Made by a program: the position numbers and the translations under genes
In this document: positions 56,141-64,000 of the stretch, one piece after another
Layout: every line of letters starts with the position of its first letter
How positions within the stretch are numbered: the stretch's first letter is position 1
Notes under the pieces: model-generated
What the model saw: only the letters and a program-made list of their open reading frames with translations
Told to the model about the DNA's origin: nothing
The model's database searches: none
DNA from: Bacteroidota bacterium
GTDB lineage: Bacteria; Bacteroidota; Ignavibacteria; UBA10030
Length of the DNA: 64,000 nucleotides
NCBI GenBank assembly: GCA_050015675.1
Contig: JBEKAY010000005.1
Span: 52,641 to 116,640 of the forward strand
Direction of reading: 5' to 3'

Positions 56141-57157
56141 ATGAATAAAAAAATTATCCTCTTCTTGTTTGCAGCATGTGCCATATTCTACGGATGCAAA
56201 AAAAATGAAGCTGCAAATATCAAAGAATGGACACAGTTTCAAGATCAATTCTTCAAAGTTTCGTTTAACTATCCCAAGGATTGGGTCGTCGTCACAGAAT
56301 CGAAGAAAGTGATCATCTCATCTTCATCCGAAGCGGCCGAGAAATTTTTTGATCACGATTCACGCAAACCCGATGGCATCCAGATCGTTATCGCATCGGA
56401 GCGCAGTGATTCTATGCAGGATTACGCGAAGTATATCCAGGAATTCAAAGACAGTAAAACTGCTGAAGGATTCACTGTTAAAGAAATTGAAGACGCCGCG
56501 ATTGAAGGCCTTAGTGCCAAGAAGGTAGCTTATACCGGTGCGTATGATGAGAACACAAAAATTAACTCGATCTGCGTTGCCACATTGAAAGATTCCGTAA
56601 TTTATTATGTGCAATATTCTGCCTTCAACAATCTGTTTGAACCCTATAAAGTTGTGTTTGATTCGGTGATGGCGTCCTTGTCGCTCCCTAAAAAAATTGT
56701 CATTGAAAAAGGCGTTGACCCCGCAATTCCGATTGCACAAACCGAACGGTATTCAGATAACTATCTCCAATTGGAATATCCTGCTAATTTTGGCACGACT
56801 GATATGGCAAAGAAGGGAGATGTGATATCGGCAGTAAGATTTATGGGAGTTAATAAAGTTTCGAGAAATGATTGTACTATTGATATCGATGTGCGGCCTT
56901 CAAAGAAACTTATGTTAGATAAAGTCGTTGCGCAAAATTCAAAATTCTTTAAGGCATCCAACAAAGGGAATACGACAATTGGCGGAGAAAAAACAACCTA
57001 TTTAGATTATTCCATTGTAAGAAATGTTGATAGCAGAGTCTATTTTGTCGTCAAAAACGACAAAATATTCCGCATTATCTTGAACTATTATTCTCCAATG
57101 AAGAAGGACTTCCTGCCTGCATTTGAGAAAGTCATTGCTTCCATTCGCTTTAAGTAG
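56141..57157 (+). CDS. lipoprotein of unknown function
   Basis: Has the lipobox 'AIFYGC'. 338 aa with no recognised motif. Confidence 0.65.
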   Translation: MNKKIILFLFAACAIFYGCKKNEAANIKEWTQFQDQFFKVSFNYPKDWVVVTESKKVIISSSSEAAEKFFDHDSRKPDGIQIVIASERSDSMQDYAKYIQEFKDSKTAEGFTVKEIEDAAIEGLSAKKVAYTGAYDENTKINSICVATLKDSVIYYVQYSAFNNLFEPYKVVFDSVMASLSLPKKIVIEKGVDPAIPIAQTERYSDNYLQLEYPANFGTTDMAKKGDVISAVRFMGVNKVSRNDCTIDIDVRPSKKLMLDKVVAQNSKFFKASNKGNTTIGGEKTTYLDYSIVRNVDSRVYFVVKNDKIFRIILNYYSPMKKDFLPAFEKVIASIRFK

Positions 57158-57180
57158 TATTATTATTCCCATCTTTTGAT

Positions 57181-57218
57181 AAGCCGAGGTCATGCAACGG
57201 CCTCGGCTTCCCTTTGTT
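57181..57218 (+). terminator. rho-independent terminator after the TonB-cluster lipoprotein gene
   Basis: 9-bp stem AAGCCGAGG (57181-57189) / CCTCGGCTT (57201-57209), followed by the T-rich CCCTTTGTTG. Confidence 0.6.
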
Positions 57219-57236
57219 GAATTCGGAATTTGAATT

Positions 57237-59000
57237 TTGGATCCTGATGGTTCTAGTAGTGCCTCACTACCACACTCGGGGGTGAAGGAATATGCTACAA
57301 GCCGACCGCGTGTTCTCGGATGGCTCCGCAGTGCAGCAATTCTCGATGGTGACTGGGGTACCAGTGTCGCTTACGTCATGGGAATTGGATTCGCTCTTGC
57401 GGGCTATTCAAGCTTCTGGCATCTCTGTTTTATGATGGCGTTAACCACCCTCGTCGCCGTCAATTATATTACCATCTGTCGTCTCTATCCTCACGGTGGC
57501 GGAGTCTATAGCTCTGTTTATCATCGCTCTCAACTATTAGCTGTCATCGGCGCGTTACTTTTGGCGGCAGACTATGTTGTTACTATGGCTTTATCTGTGC
57601 TCGATGCCTGCCATTATCTTAATCTCGAATTTCCAGCATTATGGGCGATTATCATTATAGGCATTGTTGGCTCGATCAACTGGTTTGGACCAAAACATTC
57701 CGGTGGCTTGGCACTTATAATTTCCGCTCTTACACTTGCTACATTAGCGACGATAATATTTTCTTCTGTAGGAACCGCTATTCAACAAGCAACGATTATT
57801 CGGCCAGAAGGCGGATTGTTCCATAACTGGGGCATCTTCATCGGATTCATTCTAAGCTTATCTGGTATTGAAGCTATTTCCAATATGACAGGTTTGATGA
57901 AAGATCCTGCCCGGGATTCTCGTCGCGCTATACTATCCGTTCTCGCAAAAGTCATTATTGCCAATCTTCTACTCGGGCTTGCAATGCATGCTGTACAGGG
58001 GTTGAATCCTGGTGACCACAAGGAAGATATGCTTCGCTTCCTTGGTGAGCATTACGTTGGTGCATGGTTCGGATGGTTTGTTGCATTCTCTCTTGGCACT
58101 CTACTGATTTCGGCTGGTAATACTGCGCTCAACGATTTGATTTCCATTCAATTTTTAATGGCAGTGGATAAGGAACTTCCTTTATCACTTCGCAAGCTAA
58201 ATCGTCATGGTGTGCCTATGATTCCTCTTGTGGTTACAACGATTCTGCCCATTACAGTGTTACTGATTATTCAAGATGTGGAGATGCTTTCTCATCTTTA
58301 TGCCATCGGATTGGTGGGTGCAATGGTCATCAATCTTGGTTCGACGGCGACAGATAAATCGGTTAGTATGAAGTCGTACGTAAAAATTTTGATGCTGGTT
58401 TCGGCGGCAGTGCTCTTTTTAATTGAAATATCAATTGCTGTTAAAAAGCACGAGGCAACAATTTTTGCAGGACTTATTTTGTTGCTTGGCCTTGCCGCTC
58501 GTCAGGTAGTCAAATGGAAACTTGCCTCCAAACCAATTCCCGCTGAAGTAGTGCAGGCCTTTCCTGTGCCAACGCGCAAACGTCGCCGAACATCTATTCC
58601 ATCCACAAAGTATCTTCTTGCTCTTAAAGATGTGAATGATCGGCTGTTGAAGTTTGCTCTTGATGAAGCAAAACAGCGAGGTGCATTACTCTTCGTCTTG
58701 CGCGTTAAAGAAATTGCAGTAGGTACATTGCCGGAAAGGATAGAAATGAAAGTGAATGGCGAAGAAGAACATATCGAAACTATTTGTTCGTCCTCGGGCA
58801 TAGACTTTCAGATTATTTCAATCCCGAGTTACGAAGTCGGGTATACTATTGCCGAACAAGCCGCAACGTTTGGTGTTGACCGTGTAATTATGGGAGCTAC
58901 TAAACGCAGTGTGTTGGAAAACATGCTCAGAGGTAGTGTGATGCGCTCTCTAAGTGCGTTGCTGCCGGAAGAAGTGCAGCTTATCATCTTCGGCGGCTGA
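57237..59000 (+). CDS. APC-superfamily permease fused to a C-terminal universal-stress-protein (Usp) domain
   Basis: About 12 hydrophobic helices, then 'YLLALKDVNDRLLKFALDEAKQRGALLFVLRV...GVDRVIMGATKRSVLENMLRGSVMRSL' (Usp). The only in-frame starts near the 5' end are TTG 57237 and GTG 57282, so the start is uncertain. Confidence 0.75.
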   Translation: MDPDGSSSASLPHSGVKEYATSRPRVLGWLRSAAILDGDWGTSVAYVMGIGFALAGYSSFWHLCFMMALTTLVAVNYITICRLYPHGGGVYSSVYHRSQLLAVIGALLLAADYVVTMALSVLDACHYLNLEFPALWAIIIIGIVGSINWFGPKHSGGLALIISALTLATLATIIFSSVGTAIQQATIIRPEGGLFHNWGIFIGFILSLSGIEAISNMTGLMKDPARDSRRAILSVLAKVIIANLLLGLAMHAVQGLNPGDHKEDMLRFLGEHYVGAWFGWFVAFSLGTLLISAGNTALNDLISIQFLMAVDKELPLSLRKLNRHGVPMIPLVVTTILPITVLLIIQDVEMLSHLYAIGLVGAMVINLGSTATDKSVSMKSYVKILMLVSAAVLFLIEISIAVKKHEATIFAGLILLLGLAARQVVKWKLASKPIPAEVVQAFPVPTRKRRRTSIPSTKYLLALKDVNDRLLKFALDEAKQRGALLFVLRVKEIAVGTLPERIEMKVNGEEEHIETICSSSGIDFQIISIPSYEVGYTIAEQAATFGVDRVIMGATKRSVLENMLRGSVMRSLSALLPEEVQLIIFGG

Positions 59001-59123
59001 GCACCCCAAAATCATTTCAATCTATTCTTTTATAGGTGTTCACTTGCTTCTTGTAGGAAATCCTTTCTATCTTTACAAGTAGTAATTCATATAGTGTGAA
59101 GTACTTTTTGGAAAGCAGCGGCA

Positions 59124-60050
59124 ATGCATACGATTCTTCTGTGGGTTGGGTTTAATCTTTTTATTTTATTTCTCCTAACAATCGACTTGAAAGTGTTAAA
59201 TCGCAAACCGCATGAGATTAGTATTAAAGAATCTTTGATGTGGAGCGGAGTGTGGATTGCTCTGTCGCTTCTCTTCAATATTGGGGTTTATTCCTGGTTT
59301 GGCCGAGAGTCTGCATTGCAATTTTTTACCGGGTACTTGATTGAAAAATCTTTGAGCATTGATAATCTGTTCGTTTTCCTTCTTCTTTTTTCCTTCTTTA
59401 AAGTTCCGGCAAGATACCAGCATAAAGTACTCTATTGGGGAATCATAGGCGCCTTGATCATGCGTGGCTTATTGATCATTCTTGGCGCTGCATTAATAAC
59501 ACGATTCCATTGGATCCTGTATATCTTCGGATTATTTCTTGTCGTTACGGGAGTTAAAATGGCGTTTCAGAATGAAAAAAAAGAGGTGCACCCGGAGCGT
59601 AATATTGTTGTTCGGTTCTTTAAAAAATTCTTTCCTGTTACAGCTGGTTACCACGAAGAAAAGTTTTTTGTGAAAACGAGTGGGAAACGCTACGGCACAC
59701 TTCTACTCGTCGTTTTAATAGTGATAGAAACAACGGATTTGCTTTTTGCTGTTGATTCAATCCCTGCAATATTTGCTATTACGCAAGATTCATTTATTAT
59801 CTACACCTCCAACGTGTTTGCCATCCTTGGACTGCGATCTCTCTACTTTGCTCTTGCCGGCATTATGGATTTGTTCTACTACCTTCGACACGGATTGTCG
59901 GTTGTTCTGACGTTAATAGGATTGAAGATGTTGTTCATGGGATATGTGAATATTCCGATCGGTTTAGCACTGGGAGTGGTAGGAACTGTTTTATTAATTG
60001 CAGTTGCAGCCTCGGTTATTCGGGCAAAAATTCAAAATAATAATTTGTAA
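59124..60050 (+). CDS. TerC-family integral membrane protein
   Basis: Carries 'GYLIEKSLSIDNLFVFLLLF' and the second half-repeat 'IETTDLLFAVDSIPAIFAIT', the TerC signatures. Confidence 0.9.
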   Translation: MHTILLWVGFNLFILFLLTIDLKVLNRKPHEISIKESLMWSGVWIALSLLFNIGVYSWFGRESALQFFTGYLIEKSLSIDNLFVFLLLFSFFKVPARYQHKVLYWGIIGALIMRGLLIILGAALITRFHWILYIFGLFLVVTGVKMAFQNEKKEVHPERNIVVRFFKKFFPVTAGYHEEKFFVKTSGKRYGTLLLVVLIVIETTDLLFAVDSIPAIFAITQDSFIIYTSNVFAILGLRSLYFALAGIMDLFYYLRHGLSVVLTLIGLKMLFMGYVNIPIGLALGVVGTVLLIAVAASVIRAKIQNNNL

Positions 60051-60321
60051 CGAATAGTAGATAATTTAAGTAGTGTCTTTACCAAACAATTAGATATATT
60101 TTTACATCCTCTACTTTACAAGAACTGACCACAGCTTTTATCTTCCAACTAATCATGATGGACGTTTGTGTTACAGTAGAAATAAATGGTCCACGCGTTC
60201 TGTTAGGTTGTGTGTCTACAATCGTCGTTATGCTATGGATCAAAAAATTAATGAAGTCGCCGATATATTAATTCGACACTTCATTGACCGCTCCGAAGTG
60301 ATAATTGTTTTACTTAAAACG

Positions 60322-60358
60322 AAAAAGGCATACAACCTTATCTGTTGTACGCCTTTTT
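60322..60358 (-). terminator. rho-independent terminator of the cold-shock gene
   Basis: The minus strand reads AAGGCGTACAA...TTGTATGCCTT (one G-U pair) followed by T5. On the plus strand the same hairpin has an A-C mismatch. Confidence 0.6.
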
Positions 60359-60404
60359 TGATTTTACAAGAGAATGTTCATTCGCAAGAAATGAAATGCA
60401 TCTC

Positions 60405-60605
60405 TTACACCTTAGAAACGTTCATTGCTTGCAGGCCCTTCGGTCCTGTCTGGACTTCGAACTGCACTTTGTCGCCGTCGTTCAGGGTTTTGTACCCGTC
60501 ACCAACAATCGACTTGTAATGGACGAACACATCTTCGCCATTTGCGCGAGAAATAAATCCAAACCCTTTAGCTCCGTTGAACCACTTGACTGTTCCTTCT
60601 TCCAT
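60405..60605 (-). CDS. cold-shock protein, CspA family
   Basis: 66 aa. Carries '[15 protein letters not shown]' (RNP1) and 'VFVHY' (RNP2). Confidence 0.95.
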   Translation of the reverse strand: MEEGTVKWFNGAKGFGFISRANGEDVFVHYKSIVGDGYKTLNDGDKVQFEVQTGPKGLQAMNVSKV

Positions 60606-61227
60606 GGAACAAATCCTTTCCTAAAAAGTTGCCCCGATCAACCGTCGGGTCGGTGTACGCCGCAGTTACCGACTTTTGCGAAAAACATCAACGAACATAG
60701 GTGCCAATTGGTGGATGTTCGATGACAGCTTCTTACACTTGGGATGCGAAAATTTTTTCCATCAAAAGATTATAGAAGCGATTTCTCTTATACGATTGTT
60801 TCCGAGAATTCTCACAAAGAAGCAAGCACGGTGTACTATTACTTGGCATGCATATAATACAGATTGTTCGGATAAGTTCCAAGAGGAAAAACGAACGCTT
60901 TACCATTTCGGTTGACTATCTAATACCCCATACAGAAAAACTAGGAGTTTTAAAGATGACTCATTCTTCATCAAGAGAGGGTTAATGCGGTATTTAGAAA
61001 TCTTAATGAGAGGTCTTCAATGCTCCGTTTAAGAACTATAGCTGTTGTGTCCATCTTCTACAAGTGGAAATTTACTTGACACATAGGTCTGTTTTTCTTA
61101 AAGTAAATAGAGAGAGTATCATTAATTTCAGCTGATTATATCGTCCTTTTATAAATCCATTTTATGATGAGTAGCATTGAAATGGATTTTCTGAAAATGT
61201 CAGCATCGTACATTTTACTTATTGAAT

Positions 61228-62157
61228 ATGTTCGTTAATAACGTTTATCATAAAAATGCAGGAAATACAGTGATTCAAGATCCTCATCAAATTCTTAAAG
61301 ATCTCAAACCGACAAAGCCCTTTTTTGTGGGAATTGATTCTGATGGTTGTGCGTTCGACACGATGGAAATAAAACATAAAGAATGTTTTTGTCCTAACTT
61401 CATTCGTTATTGGGGGTTACAAAACATTTCAAAATATGTTCGTGAAACTTGGGATTTTGTAAATTTATATTCCCAGACGAGAGGATGCAACCGTTTCCAT
61501 GCGGTCATAGAAGTAATACGCCTACTTACGGAACGAAAAGAAGTAAAGGCGCGCGATGCAAAACTTCCGGATGTTACTCCTTTGATTGAATGGGTAAAGA
61601 AAGAAACAAAACTTGGTAATCCTGCGCTTGAGCGCTATGCAAAAGAAGTGAACGATCCAATAATTGATAGAACCCTAGCCTGGTCGAAAGCGGTTAACAA
61701 ATCAATCGGTGAAATAGTTTATGGCATTCCTCCCTTTCCGTGGGTTCGTGAATCCCTCATTAAGTTTAATGAAAACGCTGATGTGATAGTTGTTTCTCAA
61801 ACCCCGGGAGAGGCGCTGAATCGTGAATGGATAGAACATGATATCGAGAAGTTCGTTAAAATAATTTGCGGGCAGGAATATGGCACGAAAACCGAGCATA
61901 TTCAATACGCTGCAAAAGGAAAATATCCCGACGATAAAATATTGATGATCGGAGATGCTCCCGGAGATATGAATGCAGCGAAATCGAATGGCGCATTATT
62001 CTATCCGATCAATCCTGGGCATGAAGAGGATTCTTGGGAACAATTATACAAAGAAGGAATAGATCGTTTCTTCAATGGTTCGTTTGCAGGCGAGCATGAG
62101 AAAAAGTTGATTGAAGAATTCAATAAGTGCTTACCGAAAACGCCGAGTTGGGCATAA
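61228..62157 (+). CDS. HAD-superfamily hydrolase (phosphatase-like), substrate unknown
   Basis: Carries motif I 'FVGIDSDGCAFD' and motif IV 'MIGDAPGDMNAA'. I prefer the ATG at 61228 over the TTG at 61222. Confidence 0.7.
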   Translation: MFVNNVYHKNAGNTVIQDPHQILKDLKPTKPFFVGIDSDGCAFDTMEIKHKECFCPNFIRYWGLQNISKYVRETWDFVNLYSQTRGCNRFHAVIEVIRLLTERKEVKARDAKLPDVTPLIEWVKKETKLGNPALERYAKEVNDPIIDRTLAWSKAVNKSIGEIVYGIPPFPWVRESLIKFNENADVIVVSQTPGEALNREWIEHDIEKFVKIICGQEYGTKTEHIQYAAKGKYPDDKILMIGDAPGDMNAAKSNGALFYPINPGHEEDSWEQLYKEGIDRFFNGSFAGEHEKKLIEEFNKCLPKTPSWA

Positions 62158-62283
62158 CACTTATATTCTCTGTATCGAAAAAGAAATTCCGCCCGACTGA
62201 GCCGCTCTATTGCACCCTGATTGACTTAAAGATGCATACTTCCCAAATCAGCCGACTCTCCGTCAAATGTTGTCATGATAATC

Positions 62284-62913
62284 TTACAGTCCTTTGACAA
62301 GGTTGACAGCTTCTTTTACAAGAGTCGTCATTTCGTTGAATTTGCCATTCGAGATCATCTCTTTCGTAACCATCCAGCTTCCTCCACAAGCAAGTACTTG
62401 TTTAAAGGAAAGATAGTCACGAACATTCTTCGCATCGATGCCGCCTGTCGGAATAAATTTAATCATGCCATAAGGTGCACTGATCGCTTTCAATGTTTTC
62501 AAACCGCCATAAGCTTCTGCAGGGGAGAACTTAAAAATATTCAAACCATACTCAAGTCCCATTTCAATTTCTGTCGGAGTGCAAATTCCTGGAGTAATTT
62601 GGATTTTATTTTCGACACAATATTTTACAACTTTTGGATTGAAACCGGGAGACACAATAAAGGTCGCACCAGAATCGACAGCTGCCTTTACTTGATCCAC
62701 TGAAAGAACGGTCCCGGCACCAAGACAAAATTCTTTAAACTTTGCAATACGTTTTATAGATTCCGCCGCCGCCGCTGTTCGAAATGTAACTTCTGCACAT
62801 GGCAAACCACCTGCAATAAGAGCTTCAGCTAATGGTTCCGCATTTCTTGCGTCTTCCAAAACAACAACAGGCACTAATCGTATTTCGCCAAGTCTTTTTA
62901 AGACTTCTGACAT
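62284..62913 (-). CDS. eda: 2-dehydro-3-deoxyphosphogluconate / 4-hydroxy-2-oxoglutarate aldolase
   Basis: Carries 'VPVVVLEDA', 'AEVTFRT', 'GAGTVLS..Q...A..SGA.FIVSPG', 'FKFSPAEAYGG' (Schiff-base Lys region) and 'IPTGGI'. GAGGAG lies before the ATG. Confidence 0.9.
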   Translation of the reverse strand: MSEVLKRLGEIRLVPVVVLEDARNAEPLAEALIAGGLPCAEVTFRTAAAAESIKRIAKFKEFCLGAGTVLSVDQVKAAVDSGATFIVSPGFNPKVVKYCVENKIQITPGICTPTEIEMGLEYGLNIFKFSPAEAYGGLKTLKAISAPYGMIKFIPTGGIDAKNVRDYLSFKQVLACGGSWMVTKEMISNGKFNEMTTLVKEAVNLVKGL

Positions 62914-63270
62914 AGTGTTCTCCTCTATAAATTTTATTGACTATTACTTCAATACATCAAGTAAGTTGTCTACCGCAACGGAAACAGCCTTATCAACTGT
63001 AACACCGGCAATGACGTATTTACAATATACGCTCCCTTTTTCATTTTGTCGATAGTTACTTTTTTCACGAATGACTTTTAATTTAGCAGTGCTGGACTGC
63101 ACAAACTTATGATGAGTGAATAATTTTACGTAAGATACGAGATGATGGAGAATCCTTAAAGAGATATTGCGCAGAATTTAGTACGGAGGGTCTAAGATCT
63201 TTTTCAGAGATTCATTTTAAAGCCATTCGAACAAAGTGTTCGATGCCCTGCAGGATGTACTTAAAATTTT

Positions 63271-63888
63271 TCAGGCAACCATATTGAGTATTCTTTGTTC
63301 ATAATAACTTTCTGCCGGGACTTCTCCGATTGTTCCAGATAAAGGTTGGCATGCCAACAATGCGCGAACCATTTCATCCAATTTTAGCGGCTTGGTAACA
63401 TAATCATTCATACCAATTGAGAGAAAGCTTTCTCTATCACCCTGCGAGGCATTGGCTGTCATTGCGATGATGTGCGGTTGTTCATTGGCAGGGAAATCTT
63501 TTCGTATCGCCATCGTTGCTTCTCGACCATCCATTTCCGGCATTTCGGCGTCCATCAAAATTACGTCATAAGATTGGCGCTTTAGTGCATCTATCGCTTC
63601 GATACCGTTGAATGCAACATCTGCGCGATACCCAAGCTTCTTGAGGAACCAGAGGGTGATTTTCAAATTGACAAGGCTATCTTCCGCAAGCAAAATTTTC
63701 AGAGGGTGCTGTTGTCCTATTTGCATGTCAAATTTAGGGAGATTCTCAATTGTCGTCCGTAGCAACCGACGATCTGCTTCCTTTGGGTCTAGTACCTGGT
63801 TGTATTCGGCTTCTGCTTCACATACTCGGCTTTGTACTTCAACCGGTTCGCAAGGAGTTTCTGTAATTGTTATCTCTGTATATTCCAT
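63271..63888 (-). CDS. single-domain response regulator (receiver) with a ~70-aa N-terminal extension
   Basis: Receiver 'KILLAEDSLVN...DVILMDAEMPEMDG...IIAMTANA...DYVTKPL'. The ATG at 63888 is preceded by GGAGG. The TTG at 63900 used by the track lies inside that RBS. Confidence 0.8.
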   Translation of the reverse strand: MEYTEITITETPCEPVEVQSRVCEAEAEYNQVLDPKEADRRLLRTTIENLPKFDMQIGQQHPLKILLAEDSLVNLKITLWFLKKLGYRADVAFNGIEAIDALKRQSYDVILMDAEMPEMDGREATMAIRKDFPANEQPHIIAMTANASQGDRESFLSIGMNDYVTKPLKLDEMVRALLACQPLSGTIGEVPAESYYEQRILNMVA

Positions 63889-64000
63889 GACAACCTCCAA
63901 TCGTTTGTTCTGAAGAAACCGAATTCACTTCAAAAACTACAATCCTTATGCCAACATGTAAAAGCGAGAAATTTTTTAAAAAAGGTTGTATTTGATGAAT

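Noticed and set aside
59001-59123. yybP-ykoY (Mn2+) riboswitch expected upstream of a TerC-family gene
   Set aside because: The 123-nt leader lacks the conserved GGGGAGUAG and GAGAGACC-type cores and shows no four-way-junction-like pairing that I could see.
60166-60725. ORFs 60166-60519(+) and 60345-60725(+)
   Set aside because: They overlap the cold-shock gene and its terminator in antisense. The csp ORF has unmistakable RNP1/RNP2 motifs.
60940-60985. TAGGAG + 8 nt + ATG (60956) giving a 9-codon ORF MTHSSSREG*
   Set aside because: The ribosome-binding context is good, but the ORF is too short and is 270 nt from the next gene. A leader-peptide role would be pure speculation.
62944-63102. 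52-codon GTG-start ORF upstream of eda: VQSSTAKLKVIREKSNYRQNEKGSVYCKYVIAGVTVDKAVSVAVDNLLDVLK*
   Set aside because: It has no Shine-Dalgarno sequence and no family recognised. It may be a gene remnant, and the evidence is insufficient to call it.

Overview
Gene-dense chromosomal window from a moderately AT-rich bacterium. I place it in the FCB group, closest to Ignavibacteriota or Bacteroidota relatives. That placement is inferred from T9SS C-terminal sorting domains of the 'QNYPNPFNP' type, an exbB-exbD-exbD-tonB-pstS-like-TPR cluster and a four-helix-bundle (23S IVS protein family) gene. I can support about 56 protein-coding genes, several gene relics and a few terminators. I found no rRNA, tRNA or CRISPR array.

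Content from left to right:
- folD, then a galactose operon (SGLT-type symporter, small membrane protein, galK, galT).
- An orphan histidine kinase and a DUF255 thioredoxin-fold protein.
- DoxX, an outer-membrane beta-barrel protein and Cu/Zn-SOD, then pterin-4a-carbinolamine dehydratase.
- A rhodanese / 79-aa ORF / CysM / JAMM / (Ubl-E1-rhodanese) sulfur-carrier operon.
- A secreted carbohydrate-esterase island (CE15, DUF1593, SASA/CE6-like, SGNH), split by a Doc/AbrB toxin-antitoxin pair and an IS110 transposase remnant.
- DUF2911, then a PIG-L deacetylase / micro-ORF / SSS symporter operon.
- A PhoB/PhoR-like pair, an unassigned 608-aa protein, a GT4 glycosyltransferase, an orphan LuxR regulator and a 1217-aa TPR protein.
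- A four-helix-bundle gene, an unassigned 419-aa protein and obg.
- A histidine kinase plus sigma-54 activator, then STAS and the ExbB-ExbD-ExbD-TonB-PstS-like-TPR-lipoprotein cluster.
- An APC permease-Usp fusion, TerC, a cold-shock protein, a HAD hydrolase, eda and a response regulator.

I do not see a clear-cut, wholly new multi-gene system such as a defence island. The best candidates for under-described biology are:
- the sulfur-carrier operon, where the ubiquitin-like carrier is fused to its own E1 and a JAMM peptidase sits next to it;
- families of short GC-rich hairpins clustered in three AT-rich spacers;
- the shuffled or decaying T9SS tail cassettes in the esterase island;
- two large proteins with no family I can name.

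All product calls come from reading motifs in the supplied translations. No database search was run.
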